Shown here: piece after piece, positions 7,841 through 16,393 of the stretch
Layout of the letters: the number at the start of each line of letters is the position of its first letter
How positions within the stretch are numbered: position 1 is the stretch's first letter
Assembly: GCA_038217285.1 (NCBI GenBank)
Contig: JBBQPO010000120.1
Location: 1-17,550 of the forward strand
Source: Chthonomonadales bacterium
Lineage (GTDB): Bacteria > Armatimonadota > Chthonomonadetes > Chthonomonadales > Chthonomonadaceae
DNA length: 17,550 bases
Direction of reading: 5' to 3'
Made by a program: the position numbers and the translations under genes
Notes under the pieces: generated by a model
Told to the model about the DNA's origin: nothing
What the model saw: only the letters and a program-made list of their open reading frames with translations
Database searches by the model: none

Positions 7841-8709
7841 CGCCGTCGACGGCCCAGACACCTTCCAGGACCGACCCCTTCACATTCACTTCCCCATACG
7901 GTTTAAGCTCTGCCGGCGGTCTCGTCCAGGCGTCAGACGGTAACTTGTACGGCACGGCCATCTCAGGCGGTGAAAATGGATACGGTGCTATCTTCCAGGT
8001 CACGTCTTCGGGTGTGCTCAGGACCCTTTATTCGTTCATCGGATCCGATGGCGCTTCTCCTTTCGGCAATCTGATTCAGGCGCGCGACGGCAACCTCTAC
8101 GGCACTACAAGCGGCGGCGGTGCAAACAACGACGGAACGATTTTCAAGATGACGACTGGCGGAGCGCTCACGACTCTCTACAGTTTCGGCGCCGTCGATG
8201 TGAGCGGCAATTATGCCGACGGCGCCGTTCCGGACGCCGGCCTAATGCAGGCAACCGACGGCAACCTGTACGGTACAACGTTTCAGGGAGGCGCCGGTGG
8301 ATCAGGAACGATTTACAAGATTACGCCTTCCGGCACGTTCACTTCCCTGCACACTTTTCTTCCCTACGTACGGACAGTTCATGGGACAGGACGTAACCGT
8401 TGGTGGACCGTTCACCAGGTAGACGGGGCCAATCCCTACGGCGGCGTGGTTCAGGCAAGGGACGGCAACATCTACGGCACGACGGAGGCCGGCGACCTGC
8501 CCGAATCCAGAGTATCTGGCGGGTTGAACGGCTCAGGGTCTGTCTATAGAGTGACACTCGCCGGCGCTTTCACCAAACTCAATAGCTTTGGAGCAGGTTC
8601 AACCGGGGCCAATCCCGCTGCCAATCTGGTCCAGGCCTCGGACGGCAAGCTCTACGGCACGACGTCTACCGGCAGTGTTCTCGTCGCGATGTTGTCGTGT
8701 TACCGCTAA
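7837..8709 (+). CDS. GloVer (Gloeobacter/Verrucomicrobia) tandem-repeat beta-propeller-like protein, probably truncated at both ends
   Basis: Five copies of a [LV]xQAxDGx[LI]YGT core; the first four continue into a GT/AIFK-type strand and an LYSF-type motif. There is no signal peptide, and the fifth repeat breaks off after LYGTTS. Confidence 0.85.
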   Translation: MTPSTAQTPSRTDPFTFTSPYGLSSAGGLVQASDGNLYGTAISGGENGYGAIFQVTSSGVLRTLYSFIGSDGASPFGNLIQARDGNLYGTTSGGGANNDGTIFKMTTGGALTTLYSFGAVDVSGNYADGAVPDAGLMQATDGNLYGTTFQGGAGGSGTIYKITPSGTFTSLHTFLPYVRTVHGTGRNRWWTVHQVDGANPYGGVVQARDGNIYGTTEAGDLPESRVSGGLNGSGSVYRVTLAGAFTKLNSFGAGSTGANPAANLVQASDGKLYGTTSTGSVLVAMLSCYR

Positions 8710-9527
8710 CGACCGCTCTTGCCGCCGTGAGTCCGTCAGCCGCCGAAGAATTAACTGTCCTGGAGTCGAATGTCGAAGTCAAAACGCCGCACGGCGCCTG
8801 CGATGCTGCCTTCATCCATCCGGAGAAGGGCTCCTACCCTGGCGTCTTGATCTGGCCGGACGCATTCGGACTCCGACCCGCCATGCGCGACATGGGCAAG
8901 CGCCTTGCTGCCGAGAGGTACTCGGTGCTTGTTCCGAATCCATTCTATCGCGCCGGAGCCGCAACGACTTTCGATCTCAACACAAAGACGTTCAGTTTCC
9001 AGAACCCGGACGACATGGCGAGACTGCGCAAGCTAATGGGTGGAATCAACGCGCCCGGCGCAGCGGAAAAGGACGCTTCGGCATACGTCACCTTCCTCGA
9101 CGCGCAGCGATCCGTAGATAAGTCAACGAAGATCGGGACACAGGGTTACTGCATGGGCGGCCCGCTGGTCCTTAAGACTGCAGCGGCCCTGCCGGACCGC
9201 GTCGGGGCCGGTGCTTCCTTTCACGGCGGAGGTCTTGTAACGGACCGGCCGGACAGTCCGCACACGCTTGCGCCCAGGATCAAGGCGCGAATCTACATCG
9301 GCATCGCATCGAACGACGACATGCGCCAGCCGGACGCGAAAGACAAGCTTCGCGACGCCTTCGCCGCCGCCAAGGTGGCGGCCGAGATTGAAGTCTATAG
9401 AGGTCTGCACGGTTGGTGCGTACCGGATATGCCGGTCCAACCGGATGGCAAGCCACTCTACAACAAGCCTGACGCGGAGAAAGCGTGGGCCAGGCTGCTC
9501 GCGCTGTACAAAGCGGCGCTTGTCTGA
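8697..9527 (+). CDS. Dienelactone hydrolase family protein (5' end probably truncated)
   Basis: PGVLIWPDAFGLRP motif, nucleophile GYCMGG, ASFHGG, acid NDD and catalytic His in GLHGW. An in-frame SRRDVV Tat-like motif lies upstream of the first available start codon. Confidence 0.92.
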   Translation: MLPLTTALAAVSPSAAEELTVLESNVEVKTPHGACDAAFIHPEKGSYPGVLIWPDAFGLRPAMRDMGKRLAAERYSVLVPNPFYRAGAATTFDLNTKTFSFQNPDDMARLRKLMGGINAPGAAEKDASAYVTFLDAQRSVDKSTKIGTQGYCMGGPLVLKTAAALPDRVGAGASFHGGGLVTDRPDSPHTLAPRIKARIYIGIASNDDMRQPDAKDKLRDAFAAAKVAAEIEVYRGLHGWCVPDMPVQPDGKPLYNKPDAEKAWARLLALYKAALV

Positions 9528-9747
9528 GGGAATGAAAGACCCTGACCCATCGCCTTCATTGAAGGAACTGCGGCCGGTATCGCCGAAAAGCCTTTTGCTA
9601 CCCTCCCCGCGTTTGAACGGTTTGCGCAGGCATACATGGCTCCGCCGATTGTTGCGACTCTCGGTCGACCCCGTTGACGTCTGTCGAATACGATTGATGG
9701 GCCATGAGCGAGTCAAAGTGGAAGTCGATGCCGGCGGAAATACGGAC

Positions 9748-11613
9748 ATGGACACGACGCTGCAAAAATGCCGGATCGAACTATTCGGCGGGCTGTGCCT
9801 CGATGTGGGTGGTCTACGGGTCACCCGCTTTCGCACGAGGAAGACGGCGGAGCTGCTGGCATACCTTGCGTACTACAGTCGGCGAACGCACCCGCGAGAA
9901 GTGCTGATCGAGCTTCACTGGCCCGAGTGCGATTCGGACTCCGGTCGTCACAATCTCAGTATGGCCCTCTCCTCACTTCGTGCGGTTCTGGACCCTCCGG
10001 AACGATCGAATGAAGTCCGGCTGGTGGCAGACCGTTATACGGTGGGGCTGAATCCGGTCGGTCTTGCAACAGATGTCGCCGAATTCGAGGAAGCTATCCG
10101 TTCGACGTCGCAAGCGCGAACGGACGGGGATCGAATTCACTTGTTGGAGAGGGCGGTCAGTCTCTATTCCGGCGAGCTCTTGCCGGGATACTACCAGGAT
10201 TGGATTTTTCCCGAACAGCAGCGTCTCGAGGAGACGTATTCTCAGGGCTTGCGGCAGTTGATTCTCCATCTGAACCGTGCAGGAGACTTCGTTCGTGCGC
10301 TCAAGTATGCCCTGATCTGTCTGACTATCGACCCCTTCGGAGAAGAGGCTCATAGGGACGTGATGTCCCTCTATGTCGCGACGGGTCAACCGGAGGGCGC
10401 GCTTCGGCAATACCGGAAACTGGAACAAAAGCTCAGGCAGGAGCTGCAGACGGAACCCGAAGAGGAGACTCAAGCGCTCTTTAATGCCATCGAATCCAGC
10501 GCGCTCAAGGTCGATCGAGCTATCGCCGGCTCGCGGACCGACCGGGGTGATTTGCAGCTGTCCCAGCCGGCTGTGCCATCAATTGCTCACGATGATTGGC
10601 TGGAGCCAGTAGGGGGAGCTGTTCCGCTCGACTCGAGGTTTTATCTAACGCGCCCTACGGACGCGGAATTCCACGCCGCAATAGCGCGTCATGACAGTAT
10701 CGTACTCGTGAAGGGATCTCGCCAGGTGGGCAAAACGTCTCTCCTGGCGCGCGGTCTCGATCGCGCAAGGCGGGCAGGCTTCGGTGTCGTACTGAGCCAT
10801 TTTCAGCTCTTGAATTCATCGCACTTCGAGTGTGCGGACGCCCTTCTCCTGGCGCTCGCGCAATCGATCGCGGAACAGCTCAATCTCGAAGCGGATCCCG
10901 CCGACCATTGGGACCCGCGCCGGGGCGCCACTCCCAGCTTTCGACGATATCTGCGTCGTGAGGTGCTCAGCAATCTCTCGGCGCCGATGGTCTGGGGGCT
11001 GGATGGCGTAGATCTTCTCTTTTCCTGCTCCTTCGGCAGCGAGATATTCGGCCTGTTCCGATCCTGGTACGATGCGCGAGCGCTCGATCCGCAAGGGCCG
11101 TGGGCCGGGCTGACACTCGCTATGGCTTACTCGACGGAAGCTCATTTGTTTATCTCGGACGTCAACCAATCGCCGTTCAACGTCGGGACTCGACTCTCTC
11201 TGGACGACTTCACCCTAGCGCAAGTGTTAGACTTGAACTGGCGATACGGCTCGCCTCTCAGAGATCAGGATGCCGTGGCGCGCTTTTACGGCCTGGTCAG
11301 CGGGCATCCTTACCTGGTAAGAAGAGGGCTTCATGAAATGGCCGTTCATGGTGTCGGGATAGCATCGTTTGCGGCGCGCGCGAGCAGCGACGACTGGATT
11401 CTTAGCGACCACCTCCATAGGATCGCGGGCCTCGTCGCCAAAGACGCAGAGCTCCGGGCCAGTGTTCAAGCGGTTTTGAACGGAGCTCCGTGTCCGACTC
11501 GCGAGAGCTTCTATCGGCTCCGAAGCGCTGGGGTTCTCGTTGGAGATTCAATCCACGACGCCCGATTTCGCTGCCCCCTCTATGCCGATCATCTTCGGGC
11601 ATATCTCGCGTGA
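9748..11613 (+). CDS. SARP-like regulator: winged helix + BTAD + AAA_35-like STAND NTPase
   Basis: Start placed at ATG 9748 because family similarity begins at CRIELFGGL. wHTH segment KTAELLAYLAY..REVLIELHWPE..NLSMALSSLR; BTAD segment TDVAEFE..LYSGELLPG..DPFGEEAHRDVMSLY..ALRQYRKL; NTPase motifs GAVPLDSRFYLTRPTD, Walker A GSRQVGKTS, QSPFNVG and GHPYL. Confidence 0.9.
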   Translation: MDTTLQKCRIELFGGLCLDVGGLRVTRFRTRKTAELLAYLAYYSRRTHPREVLIELHWPECDSDSGRHNLSMALSSLRAVLDPPERSNEVRLVADRYTVGLNPVGLATDVAEFEEAIRSTSQARTDGDRIHLLERAVSLYSGELLPGYYQDWIFPEQQRLEETYSQGLRQLILHLNRAGDFVRALKYALICLTIDPFGEEAHRDVMSLYVATGQPEGALRQYRKLEQKLRQELQTEPEEETQALFNAIESSALKVDRAIAGSRTDRGDLQLSQPAVPSIAHDDWLEPVGGAVPLDSRFYLTRPTDAEFHAAIARHDSIVLVKGSRQVGKTSLLARGLDRARRAGFGVVLSHFQLLNSSHFECADALLLALAQSIAEQLNLEADPADHWDPRRGATPSFRRYLRREVLSNLSAPMVWGLDGVDLLFSCSFGSEIFGLFRSWYDARALDPQGPWAGLTLAMAYSTEAHLFISDVNQSPFNVGTRLSLDDFTLAQVLDLNWRYGSPLRDQDAVARFYGLVSGHPYLVRRGLHEMAVHGVGIASFAARASSDDWILSDHLHRIAGLVAKDAELRASVQAVLNGAPCPTRESFYRLRSAGVLVGDSIHDARFRCPLYADHLRAYLA

Positions 11614-11760
11614 GTCGCCGACCCGCTTGCAGTCTTACGCGCTCCAAAAGTCGCCGCGCAGCACGTCGCTGAACGACGGTTTCCTCCCTGCACGCAGATA
11701 TAGCCGCTTCCGCTCGGCGAGACCTTCGCAGCGAGTGGGAGGCGCCCCATGCGTTCGCTT

Positions 11761-11804
11761 GTGAGAGTTGCCGTGAGATTCTGGAGAGGCCGCTCGTGTA
11801 GAAT
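11761..11804 (+). promoter_or_regulatory. Candidate promoter with GAGA-type direct repeats and a -10 box
   Basis: GTGAGA (11761), GTGAGA (11773), GAGAGG (11784), 9 nt, then TAGAAT (11799-11804). The same spacing occurs at 16428-16459. Confidence 0.45.
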
Positions 11805-11846
11805 GAACCTGACTATGTGATCGGAAACAGCGGGGAGAACGCAGCC

Positions 11847-14800
11847 ATGGGCGGAGTGCGATCCGGCTTTTACGTAACAGGAGGAAGCTTGCGGGCCGAC
11901 ACCCGATCCTACGTCCAGCGGGATGCCGACGAAATCCTGTTTTCCTCCCTCATGAACGGCGAGTTTTGCTACATCCTCACGGCCAGACAGATGGGCAAAT
12001 CGTCGCTGATGGTGCGGACCTCCGTCCGACTGCGCGAGGTGGACGTTCATGTGGCCGTCCTGGACCTTACCGCGCTAGGACAGAACCTCAATGCAGAACA
12101 GTGGTACTACGGCTTGGTCTGCATGTTGGGGGAGCGGTTTGGTCTGGAAGACAAACTTGACGCCTACTTTCTGAAGCACGAGGGCCATGGACCGCTTCGT
12201 CGTTTCATGGCCGCGCTGCGCTATGTGCTCCTTCCTAGCTGCGCGGGCCGAGTGGTCATCTTTGTCGATGAAATCGATATAGTCCGCAGTCTGCCCTTCT
12301 CCACCGACGAGTTCTTCGCGGCGATACGCGAGTGCTACAATCGGCGCACCGAAGACGCGGAGATGGATCGCCTGACTTTTTGCCTTCTTGGCGTCGCAGC
12401 CCCGATCGACCTGATTGAAGATACGCGTATGACTCCGTTCAACATCGGTCGCCGGATCGAGTTGGATGACTTTACGTCCGACGAGGCAGCGCCGCTGTCG
12501 CGCGGATTGTCACCGGAGCACGAAGTAACCGCGCGTGGGACGGAGCAGCGGCGACGGTCACTTCTGGAACGCATTCTCCACTGGACGGGAGGACATCCTT
12601 ATCTGACCCAGCGGCTATGCCTGGCGGTCGCCGACTGGGGGGAAGTGAGCGATCACGCCTCGCCCACACCTAACGCCCGCCATCCCACGCGCTCGGACGT
12701 GGATCGTCTCTGCACGGAGCTATTCATCTCGCATCGGGCGCAGGAGCGCGATGATAACCTGACCTTCGTGCGCGATCGGCTGCTCTACGGCGAAAGCGAC
12801 GCCGCGACGCTACTGGAACTATACCGTCAAGTTTGGAGCGGTAAGCGTATCCCGGACGACGATACCGACCGGCTCGCAGGCGTGCTGCGACTCGCCGGCA
12901 TCGCACGCTCGGATCACGGACGGCTCCGCGTTCGGAACCGCATCTATGAGCGCGTCTTCAACTCGCGCTGGGTCCGTAGACACCTGCCGGGCGCGGAGCT
13001 GCAGCGGCAGAAGGCGGCTTATCGTCTTGGCTGGGCGCGCGCACTGACCGCTTCGACCATGGTAGTAGCGGCTACCGGAGTTCTTGCAGTCGCTGCCTTT
13101 CGTTACGCCGCTTTGGCGCGGAGCGAGTCGCGGATTGCGCGCGACGAATCGCGCGCGGAGCGCCGGAGCCTCTATGTCGCCGATATGAATCTGGCCGGAC
13201 GCGCGGTGGAGCTGCACAATCTGGCGCGGGCAAGGGAGCTGCTTGAGCGGCATCGACCCACCAAAGACGACGAGGAGGATCTGCGTGGATTTGAGTGGCG
13301 GCTGCTCTGGGCAGAATGCAGGCCCGGCTGGCTGTATACTCTCGGCGGAGGCGGCGGTCCCGTCATAACAGTTGCGTACTCTCCGGACGGCCGGACCATC
13401 GCTTCCGGCTGCGCCGATGGTACTATTCAACTGTGGGATGTAGTGTCAAGAATGCCAACTGCTCACTGGAAGGCGCACTCCAAACTCGTCGATTTCACCG
13501 GAACGTTGCACTACTCACCGGACGGATCGCTTCTCGTTTCCGCCGGATGGGACCACGCGGTCAAGCTCTGGAATACCCGCACCTATGGGCTGGAGGCGAG
13601 TCTTCTTGCCGATTCCGGAGTCGCTACGGATGCCGAATTCTCGCCCAATGCCCGTCGTCTGGCGACCTGCGGAGACAGCGGCATCGTCCGGATATGGGAT
13701 ACCTATTCACATAAGCGACTCGAGCCGTTTCGATCTCAATCGAAATTCCTGAACTGCGTGCGACATTCTCCGGATGGGAGATTGATCGCTGCGGGCAGCG
13801 ACGATGGGATCGTCAGGCTCTGGAATGTCCGCTCTCACAGGATCGTTCGTAGCCTGCCCGGAGTGAAGTCCATCGAATCCATGGCGTTTTCGCACGATGG
13901 AAAAACCCTCGCCGTCGGACAATTCGCCAATTCGATTGATCTTTGGGACGTGGCCACCGGAAGGCAAACGCGCACGCTTAGCGGACATGCCGCCGATGTG
14001 GCATTTCTGGAATATTCATCCGATGGCAAGCTTCTAGCCACCGCCAGCAAGGACGGGACTGCGAGGATATGGGACGCGGCGTCCGGTAAAGCGGTTCGCG
14101 AGCTCTACGGTCACAGGGGCAGCGTCGATTCGGTCGGGTTTTCGCCGGATCACTCCCGAGTCGCAACCGCGAGCGAAGATGGCTCGATCGCGATCTGGGA
14201 CACCGGACCACAGCCCGATCGAAGCTCTCTGAGGCTACAACAGCGCCCGATCTTAGGGCTGGTCTTCTCTCCGAACGGCAAACTCCTGGCCGCCGGAGGC
14301 GCGGGCAGCGTGAGGTACCTGATCGATGTTGATGCCAGACACGTGATCGCGCGATTGCAGGGCAATTCGGATACGACACAGTCGGTAGCCTTTTCCAGGG
14401 ATGGTCGCACCCTTGCCGCGGCGACCGGACACGTGAACGGGGGCAACGCATCTTGTCCTATTGAACTCTGGGATGTGCTCAGGCATCGACTTGTACGCGA
14501 ACTGGTCGGCCATGAGGGAGCCATATCATGCGTCAAGTATTCCCCGGACGGCTCGATGCTTGCCGCGTGCTGCAGCGACGGCGCGGTGAGTATTTGGGAA
14601 CCGGAAGCAAGCAGACCGAAATATACAATCCATCTGGATAAGCGCGAGACCATTGAGGCGGCGTTTTCGCCCGACGGAGCAGTTCTTGCCCTGGCGGGCG
14701 GCGGTTTCGACCATGTAGAGCTATGGGATGTCGCCGGCCGCCGCAAAATTCGAGACATACAGGCGTCCGATTCCTCAACCATCTCTCCGGTCTTCTCGCC

Positions 14801-15143
14801 GAACGGCAAACTGCTGGCATTCTCGGACTTTACCGGTGTTCGAATAGTGGACCTGGACGGTATGGTTGAGAGGGCCGTTCTCAGTGGCCATGTTCGAAGC
14901 GCCCGGGCGATCGCGTTCTCTCCCGACAGCAAGACGCTAGCGAGCTGCGGAATCGACGGAACCACAAGGCTTTGGAACCTGGCAACTATGTCGGAGGTGT
15001 GGGTCTTCCGCGGCGATGGGAGCGAATTCTCGTCCATTGCATTCTCTCCCGATGGGAATCACCTTGCCGCCGGGTGCGCGGATGGAACCATTCGGTTTTG
15101 GGATGCAGAGCCATCTGGAATAACGGACTCCGGCCGCCAGTGA
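11847..15143 (+). CDS. AAA_35-like STAND NTPase + TM helix + 14 WD40 repeats
   Basis: ATG 11847 preferred over GTG 11817 because GGGGAG precedes it. Motifs FYVTGGSL..SYVQRDAD, Walker A ARQMGKSS, Walker B VIFVDEID, TPFNIG and WTGGHPYLTQRLC. A hydrophobic helix (ALTASTMVVAATGVLAVAAF) precedes 14 counted WD40 repeats, probably two 7-bladed propellers. Confidence 0.95.
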   Translation: MGGVRSGFYVTGGSLRADTRSYVQRDADEILFSSLMNGEFCYILTARQMGKSSLMVRTSVRLREVDVHVAVLDLTALGQNLNAEQWYYGLVCMLGERFGLEDKLDAYFLKHEGHGPLRRFMAALRYVLLPSCAGRVVIFVDEIDIVRSLPFSTDEFFAAIRECYNRRTEDAEMDRLTFCLLGVAAPIDLIEDTRMTPFNIGRRIELDDFTSDEAAPLSRGLSPEHEVTARGTEQRRRSLLERILHWTGGHPYLTQRLCLAVADWGEVSDHASPTPNARHPTRSDVDRLCTELFISHRAQERDDNLTFVRDRLLYGESDAATLLELYRQVWSGKRIPDDDTDRLAGVLRLAGIARSDHGRLRVRNRIYERVFNSRWVRRHLPGAELQRQKAAYRLGWARALTASTMVVAATGVLAVAAFRYAALARSESRIARDESRAERRSLYVADMNLAGRAVELHNLARARELLERHRPTKDDEEDLRGFEWRLLWAECRPGWLYTLGGGGGPVITVAYSPDGRTIASGCADGTIQLWDVVSRMPTAHWKAHSKLVDFTGTLHYSPDGSLLVSAGWDHAVKLWNTRTYGLEASLLADSGVATDAEFSPNARRLATCGDSGIVRIWDTYSHKRLEPFRSQSKFLNCVRHSPDGRLIAAGSDDGIVRLWNVRSHRIVRSLPGVKSIESMAFSHDGKTLAVGQFANSIDLWDVATGRQTRTLSGHAADVAFLEYSSDGKLLATASKDGTARIWDAASGKAVRELYGHRGSVDSVGFSPDHSRVATASEDGSIAIWDTGPQPDRSSLRLQQRPILGLVFSPNGKLLAAGGAGSVRYLIDVDARHVIARLQGNSDTTQSVAFSRDGRTLAAATGHVNGGNASCPIELWDVLRHRLVRELVGHEGAISCVKYSPDGSMLAACCSDGAVSIWEPEASRPKYTIHLDKRETIEAAFSPDGAVLALAGGGFDHVELWDVAGRRKIRDIQASDSSTISPVFSPNGKLLAFSDFTGVRIVDLDGMVERAVLSGHVRSARAIAFSPDSKTLASCGIDGTTRLWNLATMSEVWVFRGDGSEFSSIAFSPDGNHLAAGCADGTIRFWDAEPSGITDSGRQ

Positions 15144-15201
15144 CGGCGCGCGATGCGCCCTTTCAGCATCAGATTGACGGATCGAATTGATCGCTGCATA
15201 G

Positions 15202-15263
15202 TATAATTGTTGCTCACTCGCCTTAGCGGTTCGTAGCTGTTCGTATCTTTTCGTACCTGGAGG
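15202..15263 (+). promoter_or_regulatory. TATAAT -10 box, triple 10-bp repeat and GGAGG RBS upstream of the DUF1559 gene
   Basis: TATAAT at 15202-15207 with no canonically spaced -35. TTCGTAnCT occurs at 15230, 15240 and 15250, and GGAGG at 15259-15263. Confidence 0.5.
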
Positions 15264-15269
15264 TTTGCC

Positions 15270-16148
15270 GTGGAGCGCGCCTATCGTGCATTCACCCTGA
15301 TAGAGCTCCTTGTGGTCATCGCAGTGATTGCCATCGTTGCGGCGCTGCTCTTTCCCGTCTTCGCGCGCTCGCGATCCGTGGCGCGCAAGACCGTGTGCAT
15401 ATCCAATTTCAAGCAGATGGGCACGGCGGTCCTGATGTACACCCAGGACTACGATGAGACCTATCCCATCGCCAGTTGGCAGTTCATTGATGCTAAATGT
15501 AACAATCCTCCGCCGATTCTCCAGAATCTACTCTCCGTTTATGGTATAAGCGACAAGATTTGGAACTGCCCCGAGGATCCCGCGACCGAACGGCGCCGAG
15601 AGGTGAGCCTGTGCGACGACGTCTCTCCGCCTACGAATTCGACGCAGGCCATGCGCGATGCCGCCTGGCGCGCCGATTTCGCCTATAACTGGCAGTACTT
15701 TGCGCCCGTCGGAAAGGACTGCGACGGATTTAAGGGCACAGACCCCGTCTCCGTGCCGGTATCGATGGTTTCTCGTCCTGCAGAGAGCATCTACGCGACT
15801 GACAGCGTCTGGTGGCGTCTTCCGGACGGAACCCCCGACGGCGGCGGCGAGGCCGCCGTCGATCCGCCATGCCGTTATGACGCAAACGGCACAGACACAT
15901 TCACTTACCCGATAATCCCGGGCTGCCGCGGCCGAGCAGTGTGGGGTGGATGGCTGCCGAGCAAGCCGCTGGATTGGCAGGTATACGGCGGCGTCTACCC
16001 TTGGCACCTCAACATGGTGAACGTGGCCTGGGCCGACGGCCACGTGAAGACCCGGACCCTCGGCGCCATCTCCGCCGGCTGCGAAGTAAGGGACAGCTTC
16101 GGGGGCAGGATAACCGACCCCGAAAAATACCTCTGGGATCTCAACTGA
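15270..16148 (+). CDS. DUF1559-family prepilin-type N-terminal cleavage/methylation protein with H-X9-DG motif
   Basis: RAFTLIELLVVIAVIAIVAALLFPVFA, CISNFKQMGTAVLMYTQDYDETYP, WNCPED and C-terminal HLNMVNVAWADGHVK. GGAGG RBS precedes the GTG. Confidence 0.95.
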   Translation: MERAYRAFTLIELLVVIAVIAIVAALLFPVFARSRSVARKTVCISNFKQMGTAVLMYTQDYDETYPIASWQFIDAKCNNPPPILQNLLSVYGISDKIWNCPEDPATERRREVSLCDDVSPPTNSTQAMRDAAWRADFAYNWQYFAPVGKDCDGFKGTDPVSVPVSMVSRPAESIYATDSVWWRLPDGTPDGGGEAAVDPPCRYDANGTDTFTYPIIPGCRGRAVWGGWLPSKPLDWQVYGGVYPWHLNMVNVAWADGHVKTRTLGAISAGCEVRDSFGGRITDPEKYLWDLN

Positions 16149-16393
16149 CGCTTCGCAACGCGTCTGCCGATCCAGCGCCTACACTAAACGGCATCTCAAT
16201 ACCTCAAGCTCGCATCGTCTTCGCTCTCCGCAAGTGTTGCGATACGCCCGTTGCAGCACCCCATAATCTGATCTTCCCGACCGGGGCGATCCTTTCGCAT
16301 CCGCACGGGGCAGAATCCATATTCCAGCTCGAAAAACCAGACTCACCGACCCTGGCCACCTATGGCCAAACGAATCAAGCAAAGCCCGCCTCT

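Noticed and set aside
9268-9747. 160-aa N-terminal extension of the BTAD regulator
   Set aside because: It overlaps the hydrolase gene by 260 nt and looks non-coding; domain similarity starts after Met 9748.
11703-11745. Imperfect hairpin between the two NTPase genes
   Set aside because: Several G-U pairs and bulges, no U tail, and expected by chance at this GC content.
14150-15037. 295-aa antisense ORF and other long antisense ORFs
   Set aside because: Mirror frames of real GC-rich genes (here the WD40 repeats).
13340-15110. WD40 region as a hypervariable or recently amplified repeat array, or a diversity-generating retroelement target
   Set aside because: The repeats are highly diverged at DNA level, and no template repeat or reverse transcriptase is in the window.
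15145-15164. Terminator after the WD40 gene
   Set aside because: Only a 5-6 bp stem with a short CTTTC tail; too weak to call.
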